Assembly (NCBI GenBank): GCA_000934665.2
Contig: KZ538070.1
Span: 62,001-126,000, forward strand
From: Catajapyx aquilonaris
Lineage: Eukaryota
Length of the DNA stretch: 64,000 nt
Direction: 5' to 3'
Part shown: positions 28,188 to 42,042 of the stretch, piece by piece
Numbering within the stretch: the stretch's first letter is position 1
How the letters are laid out: every line of letters begins with the position of its first letter
The notes under the pieces: generated by a model
Told to the model about the DNA's origin: nothing
Seen by the model: only the letters and a program-made list of their open reading frames with translations
Database searches by the model: none
Translations under genes and position numbers: made by a program

Positions 28188-28763
28188 TCCGCCATGTTAG
28201 ATTCAATATGGCGACACCATTTCAGGCAATATGGCGGACTTTCGCGGGAAAGGGTGTTCATGGATGGTAATCCACTGTCCAGGTGAAAATTGGCGTAGTT
28301 GCCATGAAAAAAGTGTATGGCGACACCAGGGAGCATATACTGCATAAGAGGTGCAAACTTCTGTCGGCGCCTTTCGTGCTCGCGTCTCTCTGTTTGGGGC
28401 CGTTGCCAAGGCTGGCGGCCATCTTGAAGTGTGGGGAACGCCAACGAGGTATAAATAGGGTACATGCAAAAATAGGGCGGCCATGGCAACTACACTGCAA
28501 GAACACGCGCGAATCAAAGATGGGGACCTTATTTTTGCCTGTCCCCTATTTATACCTATTTATCGTTGGTGTTCCCCACACTTCAAGATGGCCGCCAGCC
28601 TTGGGAACTCCCCAAACAGAGAGATGCGGAAATCGAATGTTTGTGCCTCTTCCTGGCGACACCATTTCAGGCAAATCCGCCATGTTGGGTCCAATATGCC
28701 TGACTTTTTTTTTCATGGAAACTACGCCAATTTTGATCTGGACAGTGGGTTACCAGCCATGAA
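28188..28763. mobile_element. Foldback / long inverted-repeat element
   Basis: Arms about 28257-28480 and 28520-28763 are diverged reverse complements; mirror ORFs on opposite strands (SPHFKMAASLGN in both). Confidence 0.8.
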
Positions 28764-31700
28764 TACATAGGGAGGATGTTGTCTTCCTGTTCTTGTGAGG
28801 GAACAACCCCTCCTCGGAGGCCAGCTTACTAATCGCCATCTGAAAGTCAAATTTCATCTACTTGGCGTTGGCCCCCCCTTCTTTAATTTCATCGCTGGGA
28901 ATCTCCGTCTGGGAAGTGCCCTCCTTCATTTTCATTCCCATTCTCTTTTTTTTCCATGGTTCTTAGCATTTCTTGGAGGGTTNNNNNNNNNGGGGGGGGG
29001 GGGGGGGGGGGGGGACAAGCATGCTGCCATATTGATTGCGCGAGGGAATAGTCAAAATGAACTTATGGCACACCCTGTGGTCGTGTAAGGTATAACCCAG
29101 GCCAGTACCTGGTTCTTCTAGAGCAGGCTCGTGACTTGGGTCTGAATAGGGGGCCGTTAGTCTACTGCGGACCTGTGGAATGGAGACAGATATTAAGCTT
29201 TTTGTCACTTAAGGGCCATCATGACCGTAAGCCAATCTTCCATAAGCCGAGGCTTTACCTGACCGGCCGTTCCAAGTGGAACCTGCTTCATTTTATGGAA
29301 CCGAGACTACATAGGCCTGCCGAATTAAAATTCAGCGCCCATGACTGCGGAATAACGTTTTTGAAAAAGAAAGAATGAAAAAAAGCGCAGTTCTTTGTAC
29401 CAGATGTGGTGGGCCCCACAAATGTGAGGTAGAAACAGAAATTCGCGTCACATGGCTGGCACCAGATGGCGGTGAAGATGCTTAGAAGGGGGGAGAGATG
29501 TATAGAAATAACAAGAATGCAAAAATTGGGTGGGAAAACGGGAAAGTAATGAGTGTAATGTGGAATTGATGGGTGATTCGTTTCGGATCGGATCTCGATT
29601 ACGATATTCTCGTTAAAATAGGGTGGGGGAAAAAACAGGGATGTCAAGCTGGAAAACTATTGTGACAGCCACTAGATGGCGCTGGAGAGCTTGAAGTCGG
29701 TCGTGAGATGGTCTGGCTGAGGCTACCATTTTTCGTAACTGAGCCATTGTGTGCATGAAGTGGGCTATATTTACATGGGAGATGCCTGACGTTGATTATA
29801 TGCGATAACTAGGCAGGGTGAAAGGGTATGAAAGTTTTAGTGGTCGAAGGAAAAAGCACAAAGAGGTTCCAATTTCCAGGTGGTATTTTTGTGGGCATTT
29901 TTGGCGCCAGGGAATCAACACACACTATCGTATGATTAATAATAGATAGGTATCACCCACCTGTGAAGTACCGGTATGCGGTGTTTACGTCGTGAAATTT
30001 TAATGGGGTAGGTGCAATTTTCTTGTGTGATCAAAGCCTGGAATCGTGTGTTTATGTGGGCAGAGTCAATTCGGGCATATGTACGGTGTATGGGCAGAGA
30101 AATAATATTTTGAGGTATTCTGTTTGATGTGTGGTGACATATTGCCCTCTATGAAGTTTCCAGAGCAAAAAAAAAAAAGTTTGCAATTCGTCATAATCCC
30201 CGATGAATTTGCATTATTAAAGTTACATTTTAAAACAAGTGCACATATATAATTCATCAGAATTTGCATCATGCAGCCTGATGGTACAGTCCTCATAAAA
30301 CATTAACAATCCTTGCATTTCCACACCATCCTTCAGAATCTTGGCATAAACTTGAGCGTATCTCATATGCAAAGCCTTCCCAGGTTTAATCCGGCTCTGG
30401 AAACGCTATTTTCTAGAATAAAAATTGTCAGCCATTTGAAAGTGTCCCCGTGACACCCGAGGGCGCACTAGAGTGGACCTGACTATTGATGTCAAAAAAT
30501 GGAGACGTGACGTCACAGGCACTTTCGTTTTATGGGGCCGACTTGCAAAATAACGCCCGACTTGGGGATCCCCTGCTATGGAATTTGTAATGGGAAGCGT
30601 GATTATAGGCCATTTCGAGCAGGCATAGGAAAGCCATTGTAATCTGAAATCAGGTGCTGCCGCCTGTCTTATGGAGCCGAACTATACTGAATTTTTGCTG
30701 AATTTACGGACCCAGGGAAAAAAATGGCGCGTGCGGCTATTACTTATGCAAATGCGGGTAGAGAACTCCTCATTACCTAATTAGGTCTAATTGCCGATTT
30801 TGGGCCACGTTCTTCTGCAAGGGCTAATTGCGAGAGCGTGGACATGGCCGTAATGAGCCGCATTCTTACACTGAAAAAGGCGAAGGGTATTGGTAAAATA
30901 GGCTGGATGCTGAGGGTATACCGACCTATTGGCCTAGAAAATTTTAATGAACCGCCAGTTAAATATTAGGCTCTGGCTATAACCTAAAAGCGATCATTGC
31001 ATATTTGTATATAAATTATAATTTTAAACGTACTGTACGTCATAGAATTATGTATAGGACACAGTCATTGTTAGTTCTTCATTTCCTAATAAAATTTTAA
31101 TTTTAATTAAAAATTAAACAAGGGTTGCCCACCATCACCCTTACACCTTTCGATCCCCCAGCCATCATCAACAGGAGACTGAGGGGGAAGAGATACACTT
31201 TCAAGTATAATTATACCCACAACATAAATTAAATTAAATATCAAAAAATATTGTCCACATGCTGACCAGGGATGGTCACAATGCGGGTGGTCCAGTCCAC
31301 ATATCTGAAGTAATTTATGTATGTGTCGCGTTGCTGATAACCGGAGCCATTTGGGGATACTCAGGATTCTACAAAAAAAAGTCGTATCTCCAAATAACAC
31401 TCTATAATGGGATCGACGGTCTCGGACATGGATTCTGTTTCAAGGGATGTCGCAGGTTCTTTTTTTTTTTTGGAGGACTCCAAGTTTGGGAGTGGTTGGG
31501 GGTGTTGCTTCACTGCCCTGGTGGAATAATTGGTCCAAAGGTGAACTTGGCTGTAATTACAACAATGCCCTGGAGAGCATGCTCATCCATGCAAAACGTA
31601 TGGAAATGATGGTGCAAAAAAAATGTATGGGAGGGTACCCCCAAATGGGTACTGACACCTGCCCCGTTGGTATGGTCATAAAATTTGCAATGACATTTAG

Positions 31701-32929
31701 TGTCAAGAAGGTGTCTTTATCGTCTCGTCTTGTGAGGCCTGGGAAATATAAAGATGGCTTGAATTTTTTTTTCTTCCTAGTTTTATTTCAGGGAAATGAG
31801 GAATTACTAATCAGGCTAGAGCAGTGCTCTGAAAACTATGAATCATAAAGCTAGCCCCGTCTTTATTACGGCAATAACTTCAAAGGGGGCCGCTCTGTCG
31901 TCAGTTTGGACGACCATAATATCTCGCCACAATAATATAACGAGCACTATGCTAACGTTGTACTTTAAATGAAACAGAAACGCGACACAAATATTGATTC
32001 TAGTTCTCCACGACGTTTATAGCATGCATCAACTAAATATTAAATATTATTATTCGGATATTTGCCCGGTAATTATTTACGACACCAGATGTCGGCTAAT
32101 GAGAACAGTCCTAGTCACACTCCAGAACAAATCTGATGATCATTAACTTTTTTTTTTTTGTACGAATCAGCGACATCAGCACAATCTAGCGGGTAGATCT
32201 GACACTATCAGATTAGAGCCGGTATAAAACGAGGGAAAAACGTAGTATGGAAAACGATCCTGGAGGCTCCTGTTGCGAAACAGGGGGATCCATTTGCTAC
32301 GCTGGATTCGACGATTCTTTCCGTTGAGAGGGTTCGAGGACCTAACTCGGGTGTCCCATTAGGAGACTCGTGATGGCACGTATCTACAGGAAACCCTTCC
32401 ACCTCTGGATTTAGTCAAGTGTGGGTGTTCCTCTGTTTTTTCTAATGATGAGTTCCGGGTTCCGTCATTCTGCAAATTTTCACAAATTTGTAGTGGACAC
32501 AACCTGCCAGAACATTGCTGGTCACATTGTTGTATATTAGTGATGCTCATCTCCTTATTATTTAAAATGTCGCTAGCATTTTTATAGCTCCAGAGGACAC
32601 TTTTTTCTCCTCCACCAAGCTGCTCTGTGGGAAAGTGACATTTTGCAAATGCACCCCGACCGTTCCCCTAAATAATTAACACCGCTCCTGCAACAGAGGG
32701 AACGCCTAAAAATGGCAGGACATTTTCCCCTAAATATTTCATGAGCGAAGGTAGCAGGTAAGACATTCTGGGGAATTACGCTACGTAGTCACGTACAACC
32801 CGCCGTTGTATGAATATCATTCTTGACGTGGGAGAAACTAAGAATAGGACCACCTGTTGCCATGGCAACTGGGAAGAAAAATTTGTAAGATGTTCAATAA
32901 AAAAATTATTTGGAAATTATGAAAATGTG

Positions 32930-32990
32930 TACTAATAATTTTTTTTTCTTTAATTGCAGGTGAGTACATCCTGGGGAGTGGTCAGTAAGT
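32930..32990 (+). promoter_or_regulatory. Candidate recursive splice site (ratchet point), AG|GT at 32959/32960
   Basis: tactaat branch-like motif, T-rich tract, ttgcag|gtgagt, then downstream donors gtcagt (32981) and gtaagt (32985). Confidence 0.65.
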
Positions 32991-34258
32991 AGACTTGAAG
33001 CAGAATAGTGGTAATGGGGACAATGCTAACGAGTAAAATTTTTCCTGGTTTTCTGTGTGGTTCCGGCTCAGTGAAGGATGTCCCACCGTTTAGGCACGGT
33101 TTCAGGTGAAAAGATGCCCTCAGGTATAGTGCTGAAGTTAGGCTGCTAAATGGTGTGGCATTGGCCAGTGCTGTTTGTATAGTAAATGTCAAATTTTTGT
33201 ATCAAATTTAAAATTTAGATATTAAAGGACTAGACGATTTAAGCTAGCTAGTTCACTACGTTGTGCATGCAGAATACCCTCATTTGTGAGACAGGACCGC
33301 GGGATAAAGCGACTCTTGCAACCATGTATCTGCAAAGTGGAAAACTTCCTTCCCGTTTTTTTCTTCTCTCTTCCTCGAGGGTTCTAGTTCCCTTGAAGGA
33401 GTTCTAATCTCTGAACCACGAAATTGAACAGAGTAAAAAAAAAAAAGTAGAAAAGAGAAGGATATAAGGAAAAGCCGCCCATGTGCTTCGCCAGTCACAT
33501 TCGGAGCTCCTTTGAACGAAATAAAGAGTTAAGCGGACTCGAAACGCTATCGATTTGGTTCCGTTTATAACGTTCCTCTATAAGTCACTTGGAAGACAGA
33601 GAGAGAAAAAAAAAGAATGTACAAAGTGAAGCCGTTGAACCCACCTTTAAATGACCGTTTCCTGACCCAATCGCATCAGTCGAAATAGGGCTAGAAATAA
33701 TTCATTCTAGCGTCGGAATTAAATTAGACTCGACCTCTAGAGCCCAAATTGCCAATAAGAATCGGTGTAATAAATAACTTGAGGGGGGTGGGGGGGGGGA
33801 TTGTTGTCATCTGATTACAGAAGAGTGTTGCGGCTCGGTTCATCATCGTAAAAAAAGAGTGGCCCTGTTTGTTCCGGAAAAGGGATGACCACTTTACGTG
33901 CTGGAGGTCGGTAGGGTTACGACCCGGTATGAAATATCGGTGGACTCTGAGAGTTTTTTTTGAGTGGGGGGGGGGGGGGNGAAACCCAATTTTTTTTGTT
34001 ATCAGATGGTCTGGGGGCACAGCTTGACCAACGTTCCGCACGACAACTCTGTAGGGAAAAATATAATTATAGAGAGGACTGATTGCCCTGGTCAGAGCCG
34101 AGCCAACCCCTTGACGAGGGCGGAAGTAAATATGGCGAGCATACCCATAAACGCTAGGCGTAACCTCGTTTCGCACTGGAGATGGATTGGCAGGTGATGG
34201 GTGCGTGCGACACCATGCGGTGAGCCAGGTAGCTAGAGTGGGTAGAAGCGACGCCATG

Positions 34259-34312
34259 CGGTGAGTCAGCGACTCTGGGGACGTGACGTCCCCTAGAGTC
34301 GCCGACTCACCG
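34259..34312. repeat. 54-bp GC-rich near-perfect hairpin
   Basis: cggtgagtcagcgactctggggacgt-g-acgtcccctagagtcgccgactcaccg. Confidence 0.88.
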
Positions 34313-37300
34313 TTAGAGGCACTCTGTGGGCCAGGTTATTATTTATATTTTATTAAATTTTATTTCATACAAATAATGTGTAACCCACACAATTTGTGAT
34401 TGGTGTGTAGGAAGCGGAACCTACTTTCGAGGAACTGCTTATCAGAATGCGGGAACACTCGCAGCCTTCCCAGTAGACCAAGCTTACCGTCGATAGCAGC
34501 CTATTTATGCGTCGATAGACGTGCATCTTCATAGCTCATGAATTACGTATCGCGTCACCTATCCTGCCAGTCCCCCTATTTTTGGAAGGACGCGCAACGA
34601 CGTGAAGCGCTTTACCAGGTCACAGTAACCCAGTTTGACGATAGATATCAACATGAATAACACATAGTATTTTTTTTTTGGAAAGTGACCTAAAAATATG
34701 TTTTTTTTTTTTAAATAGTAGGTTGCATCTGGTAGGCTTCCGATAAATGCCATGGAGTGGAGGTTCCCACGTGCTTGCGAAGTTTCTGAAAGCTTCCCAG
34801 TGGACCGTGTTTGCCGAGGACAAATACCGGGGCCCCCGGAAAAACTGGTGATCGATCAGCTGCCACTCAGATCCCCTACCGTGTTATTTCTCTCCGGATG
34901 GGATGTATTTCACTTTACTATCGGAGGCTCTTAGCAACTCGGTACGTCCATATGCAAATGGGCTGGGGGGTCCGTACACCCTCTAGTATAATACGGTTTT
35001 CTCCCCTCAGGTCCTTGTATATTCAAATGCCCCCTACGTATACCCCTAGCATGCCAAGCATATAATATCACCCTGCCACTCGACCGTAATGAACTCTCGG
35101 GTATTCGGCCAAAATAATGGGTTTATGTTACGGGGGTTCCCCGGGTTAATCAAACATGGCGGACGGTAAGCCGGATTTTACGCTAAGGACTGTTTCATAA
35201 TTTTTCTGACATTTTCCACGTCCGCAAACATTAGCCTTTATGTATAATTGGTTGTAGCGCCATTATTGTCTAATCTTGGATGGCTCACCGCTAGATGGCC
35301 TAGTTGGTAACTTGCGGGGGGCGGGGCTTGGTAACTTGCGATCGTATGTGTAAACCTGATGTAAAAACATGTGTTTGGAGGGTGCGGACACAAATCCGGA
35401 GCCACCTACACCTTGATCTTGTTGCCTTCGATTCGGTTGTCAAGTGTTGCCTACCGCAAGCCGAAGTAAATCAGTTTGGGGGTTTACAGCCGACCGGTTT
35501 TTTTGTTTTTTTAAAAAATCCCATAGATGGCGTAGAATCTCAAAATGGCGACCTCTTTAATAAATTTTTACAAATTCGTACCAGGAGAGGTTGAGTGCAG
35601 AATATGATGGGTTGGTTTAGCCTGGAAGTTTTTGGTGGTGGGGGAGTTTTAGGGAGGGGGGAGAGAAGCCTCATCTTCCGCCATGCCAAGAGCTGCGGGG
35701 CCACTTAATCAAAAGGCAGAGCTTATTACCTGGCCAGAGTGGCCGCAGAAGGCTTCAGAGGGCGCCGCCTTCTTCTTTTTCCTTCTTTGTCCCGGGATCC
35801 TTTGCCCTCAAGCGCTGAATGGTCGACCCAGGCGTGGAAATATGCTCTTTTTTTCCCCCCTCCTCCAATCATGAATAGGATGATTAAGACATCAGGAATC
35901 GGACATTTTTGGGCCAATATTTAAATTTTGTTAAAAACATATTTGCAATAGTCATGATAAGTTTTGTAGGGTACAAAAGAAGGGGGTTGTCAAGATTGCG
36001 ACGAAACAGAACCCCCCTTCTAGATGAATTATGATTATTTACAGAGCGGAGAAGAAACGTGCTGTGGAATTTCACACTGGATGTTTATTTTCACGCCTGG
36101 GTACTTTGGCGATAATTGGAGAAAGGGGATGGTGACAGACGGTGTGTCGGCAAAAAAACCATTGAAGAGTACTATACACTTGTGTAGACATATCGGCTGG
36201 ATATATCCAAATTTTAGGTCTGAAGCTCAAATTAGTCTCCAAATGATATGTTTCAATTCTTTCGGATTGTCAACTTAGTATGTGCGTGTGTGCGTTTGGG
36301 AACCTCAGCAGCTGTACCCCAGAAAGGCCCTTCCTATCGAATGGAAAATTCCAGCTCGATTCTGGAAATTGACGCGGCCATGTTTAATAAACAGGGTCGT
36401 CCACATGGATACACATATCGGTGGACAAACATGCGACCTATATTATATTTAGAAAGGGGGACGATGACAAAAAAAAAGCTGGTCGCTGTTGGAAGAATAC
36501 AGGCCATCCTGTGTCCTCTTTGACCGCTTCATTCCCAGCCGTAGGGACCGAGAAGTATTGTTAACTTGCCCCCTCCTGGTAACAGTTGCAGGCCATTGAG
36601 GAAGCGAAGGACTCTTCATCATTCTGCAAGGAGGGGGACCATTATACGAGGAAGTAGCCAATGAGGTGGAACATGGCTTGATCAAGACCATTGTTGCAAC
36701 TTCTCTGTGTACTATCGCCTTCATTTACATGTTCCTTTCTTGTGGAATCTCCACCTACTCAGGCATGGTAAGTTTTACCTGCCTTCATCATAAGCTGGCT
36801 CCCTCTTGGTGATGGATGCTCTTCGCTCGGTAGCTTGATCTGGGCTTGCTCTCGCCATTTGTACCCGCAGCACAGCAAATGGATGCAGGCTTTTCAGGAA
36901 GGGGGCAATTTATCCATGAGGGTAGAAGAAGGAAGAAAGAAAAGAAAGAAAAAAATTCCAGGACTAATATCGCACGGGCCTGGAGAGAAAAGCCTTTTTC
37001 CCACTCTATAGGGATCCAGCCTGCTAATTTATTTGCGCTCTACTAAAGGCATGAATGTGCCCCATGTGATTTAAGGACCCCTGTTGTTATCCGTATTCAT
37101 TTAGCGCCATTTGTACTGTTTGCCATCTTGGGGCCGCCATGTTGGTGAGTCCTGTCCGCCATGTTGGTGAGTCCAGTCCGCCATCTTGGTGAAGTCATTT
37201 TTGGCAGCCATCTTGGTGCGTCCAACAGCCTGATCACAGATATTTAGACTGTTTTAGCGTACATTTGAGCGCGGTTGGTACAATAACCGTTTGGCATTTG

Positions 37301-40300
37301 TGTGATCGGCTTGTCAAAGAGACTCAGGGACGCGACTATTAATTAAACGCGTCGAAATTTTATGACAGTGTTGGATTCAACCGAGCGAGGTGTCCACACC
37401 AAATTGGGTATGGGTGGGAAAGGCAATTCAATTTTTACTGGGGGGTCGGGGTGGGGGGTGTTAGCCAACTGGTTATATGATTGCACCGAAGATGTCCTCA
37501 TTACATAGTGAGGGACGGTAGTTATATCACTTTCTCTGGAGAGATGGACCCTAGACGTGATTTTTCCTTCCTTGAACCACTTATTGCGACACTGGGCCCC
37601 CCCGGATTTTTTTATGGACAATAGTGTGTCGTGGCCATACTGCAGTATTGCATTTTTGTATTGAGGATTGATGTACCCCGTACCGTTGTGCGGGGAAAGT
37701 GAAGGATCGGAACGAGGTCAGCTCTATCCCCCCTTTAAAGCCGGAATTGATCGATGGCTGGGCATTACCATAAGACATTTTTTGTGCGTTAGGCAACCCT
37801 GTGATAGGTTTATAGCACATACATCACTGGGGAAAGGTGCCATCTTTGCAACTTGTTCGCTACATTTTTTTTTGAAAGGGGGAGGAGGGGGGGGGGGCAC
37901 TCTCGAAATTTTGCAATATACGCATTCCCCCTAGTACGTTCCCCCGTCCCCAAAAAAGAAAAAAACTGACAACCGTCAGTGTTTAATGAAATCCCCGTAG
38001 CCCAGCACCGCAGAGTTTGGGTAATTAGTTTAATTCAAAATGATGGCAGCTTCCATTCCCCTGTCACCACTGCTAAGCTCATCAAGTGGGGGAAAGTACA
38101 GTCGGGGTTAAGCGTGTCGGTGGATTCAAGATGGCGGAAATGTTCAAAAAACTGAGCCAATATTGATCACGTTCCGGCTGTGAAGGAAGCCTGATCATGA
38201 CGGACGTGGATGTATAATTTTTGGCCATAAAAGGACCGCTAATTGAGGGGCCGAGGGTTCCATCATGTGCATTTCGGGTCATCATCGGACCAAAAATGGC
38301 CAATGGAAAAGGGAAGGGAGCGAGAGAAAAAAAACTGAGGGGACAATTAGTGCGACCCCAATCTGTGTGTGTCCAGGGGTGGACACCAGTTTCATCTTGT
38401 GACCCGCGTTTGTCGTAATGAGATACTACCGGTTTTGTGAGGTCCAGGCTCTCCGGGGCGCCGGTCATAAAACCGGATTAGGCTCAGGCACTTCGGATTA
38501 CTTGCACAATCTGTACACAGATGCGTGTGTGTGCATGTGGGATAGGATTATAGTCCGGGTTGGCTTATCCCCTAGTGAGTGATGGCCGGGTTGGGCATGT
38601 ATGTACGTTCAGGTGGGCGAACCGACATATTTCTCACAATCTATCCATCTGTACATCATCATGTAGTCAGATATCCATAGTTGTATCGCCTACTTTCCAT
38701 TCCTGCAAAGAAATACTGTTGCAGATCGCCCACATTGTCTCTATGGGCCTATAAGTACGCCATCACCGCCATCTTGGGTCCAGCCCACCAGCCTTTTCCG
38801 GCTGTGAGTGACACACCAGCAGCCTGAATCCGGTGGTGCAGCGAATGAAATGCATGGTAGGGTGCCCCCTCCGGATTTTGGTCTGGTCCATTCCGGAATG
38901 GAGCCTTCGGCGGTGAGGAATGTGGTTCGTGGTCGTACCCCCTCCCCCCCCCCTCCGAGTTTCGACCCAAAAAAATGTTGATTCGCATCCCAGCGCCACT
39001 TTTACCCGCTTTGTCAAGTGTACCTGGGACTAATACCCTGGGATGGCGTCGTTTTTTGGGGGAGACGTCCCAACGGCGATTTCGAGCTCCCTGGTCAAAT
39101 GAAATGTTGTTTTCATAAGTTGCGACCCAGTTTTTTTTTTGGGGGGGGGGGGGCTCCCCCCCCCCCTCCCCACCCGTAAAAAACCGGAGTGCCTAGAGAC
39201 TAATGTAGTGTAATCCAGATGTTAGACCTTAAAGAGTCGGCGGTACTATTTGGGTGTTAGAGTTTAGTAATTGAATCGATTTGATGCTGGAGGGCACCAT
39301 TTTGGCGGAGTTAGGAGTCTAAGGGAGATTTGCATTATGGTTTCGGATGAAACAAGCAGTGGATTACTATTATTAAGCAAGGTGAAGATCAGACTTGTTG
39401 ACCCTGCTAATTTGTAGGAGAATGAATCCCGATTGTTCATTTCACAAATCGTCTATAGAATTGTCTTTAAAAATCGTAATTCTCCATACACGTGTATAAA
39501 TTCTATAAAAATTGACATTTCCACAAAAATCTTTGAATTCTCCATACATCTTCAATGAATCCTTCAGAAAATTTCAGTTCAGTATGTAAGTGTCAATTGA
39601 GAATACATTTTTCGTCACTGTCAACAGGTGGATATGAACCAATGAAAGTTCCCATATCAACTGTCCCAATCAGGTGTGGTCATTCGGAATGCTTATGGTT
39701 TCACAAATTGGAATTACAGCATTTTTTGAAGCTGCGTAACCGTGTTAGCGGTTGATTCTAGAAAACAACGTGTGTTTAGCATTCATATGATCCCGAACCA
39801 GCATCAAATATTGATTCGGCCATTTTTGGGCTGTTTAGCCAGCGGCTGTCAACACTATCGGTATGTAGGGCAATAACATGCTGGAATTCAAGTTTGCAAT
39901 TAGCGATGTTTATCAGGAAGGTCCCTTACTAAGAAAACCCTCGCCCACACATTTTGGCCTACTGTTACACATGGCTTGATGTACAGGAAGCATTTTAGTG
40001 TTTTTTTCCACATTTAATTTAATTTTTTTTACGACGCCATCACTGACCGCTAATGGCGCTTAAGTAGTGCAGGTTTCATTCGTGATAGGCGTATAAACGG
40101 CTCCTTTACATACACTCAAGCCCATCCCTCCAGCAGGCGTTTAATGAGTGATTGTTTTCATTAACGGCCAGTTTTTTTTCCTTTTTTCTTTTTTTTAAAA
40201 AAATTAAAAAAAAAATCTGGTTCTATTCCAGAAGAAAAAACCGTTTAGGTTGGTGACGACAGCTAACAAATCCGAACGCACGGTTTGTGTCATGCACAGA

Positions 40301-41164
40301 GAGCGAGGAAGTAATTACATTCATTGCTACCCGGCCTTTGAATTTAATGCCTGGCTCCGTTGGTTTAATTTAGCAAAAGCGCGCTAGAATAATCCCGACT
40401 TTGCCTGAAAATGGTGGACTGCAATTTGGATATTTAGCTACAGGCCAATCAGGAGCCGCGTGTCTGCTTGCGCATGCGCGGTATGTAAAATGCCCTCACA
40501 CGTAGCCTGAGCGATAATTTGAGTCCCAGGTGGCAAGTTTGGGACGGAAGCATACACTAGGCCTAATAATTGCGACAGTTATCAGCGTGAGAATACCCAT
40601 GATGAATAGGAAGAAGGCGGTACCCCCGGATTTCCAGGAGAGAACAAAAGTAGAGCCAATTAGACCCCTCTAGAGGGATCATCATCATCATGATCCCCAG
40701 AATGATCCGACCAGGCCAGTTTTCTAAGGTCCTAATAAGAAGGGGTCAAGTCCACTGACAATGACAAATGCACTGATTATGGAAAAACAAACGTTGGAAA
40801 GAAGGGTGGTTGAACTCCTATGTTGAATTCGTGCCTGATGAAACGCGCTTTTTCTTGCGGAGAAGACGTCATGCTTGGTTGACACTTTGGCTCAACGACG
40901 CAAGGGAGACATTATCCAGTCATGCATGCTTGAGGACATCTCCTTTCCACTTCTTTTTGTAGCTAGAACCCGCCTTTAGGGGAGTTTAAAAGGGATGCCG
41001 ATCGTGACCTGATGCACGTTTTCTCACTTCTAATGTGAGGGTCACTTGCGGTACTCGGTGTCATTGTCGTGACAGACATCGACGGGACAGTACAGGAAGT
41101 TAGGTGTCACGAGCGGGACCCACACCCCGAAGACGCTCGAGATGGCCCGAGCAGGCTCGAACCC

Positions 41165-41382
41165 TCTTGCGAGGCGACCCGGGGAAGCCCGGGGAAGCTC
41201 GAAGAGGCCCGAGGAGGCACGGCGAGGCCCGAGGAGGCACGGGGAGGCCCGAGGAGGCACGGGGAGGCCCGAGGAGGCACGGGGAGGCCCGAGAGGCACG
41301 GGGAGGCACGGGGAGGCCCGAGGAGGCCCGAGGAGGCCCGAGATGGCACGGGGAGGCCCGAGGAGGCCCGAGGAGGCCCGAA
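41165..41382. repeat. GC-rich minisatellite (ggcacgggga/ggcccgagga 10-20-bp units)
   Basis: Directly visible; produces stop-free ORFs in several frames. Confidence 0.93.
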
Positions 41383-41844
41383 CCCTCTCTCGCGGCATGG
41401 CTACCATACTATAGGACGTAAGGTGCGACACAGGGTGGCACTGAAATAATTCCTGCGTGATCCACACATGGAGGAAGGTGGAAAATCGATAGGGGACGCC
41501 TAGGCTTGACTTTGTTCCTAACTCCGCCCCATTGTTCCCAGCACGTAACCTTTTCCCATCTGTCGGAAAAAGCTACCAGTAGCATTAAAAATGTAGTCGG
41601 TTTGGTCCGAGTTGAGTAGCAAGTTGGAACCAACCCTAGACCAAGTTCCAAAGAGCGTACGTAACGTACTTTTAAAGCGCTGAAATGAAATTTTTGCACA
41701 CTAAAAATCGGGCTAAAGGGATTTTCGCATTCTTGAATGTATTCGTGTTTGAAAAAGCCCGGTTTTTTTTTGAATAGTGGAAAGAGCTGCATTTCCTCTG
41801 ATCTGACTTTTTTGCTGGATTTTTTTTTTTGGGGGGGGGGGGGG

Positions 41845-42042
41845 NNNNNNNNNNNNNNNNNNNNNNNNNNNNNNNNNNNNNNNNNNNNNNNNNNNNNNNN
41901 NNNNNNNNNNNNNNNNNNNNNNNNNNNNNNNNNNNNNNNNNNNNNNNNNNNNNNNNNNNNNNNNNNNNNNNNNNNNNNNNNNNNNNNNNNNNNNNNNNNN
42001 NNNNNNNNNNNNNNNNNNNNNNNNNNNNNNNNNNNNNNNNNN
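41845..42042. other. Assembly gap (198 N) flanked by poly-G
   Basis: N run; smaller N runs at 28983-28991 and single Ns also sit mostly in G or C homopolymers. Confidence 0.99.

Noticed and set aside
41042..41467. Overlapping repetitive ORFs (GPRRPEEAR / PPRASSGLL)
   Set aside because: Translations of a GC-rich minisatellite.
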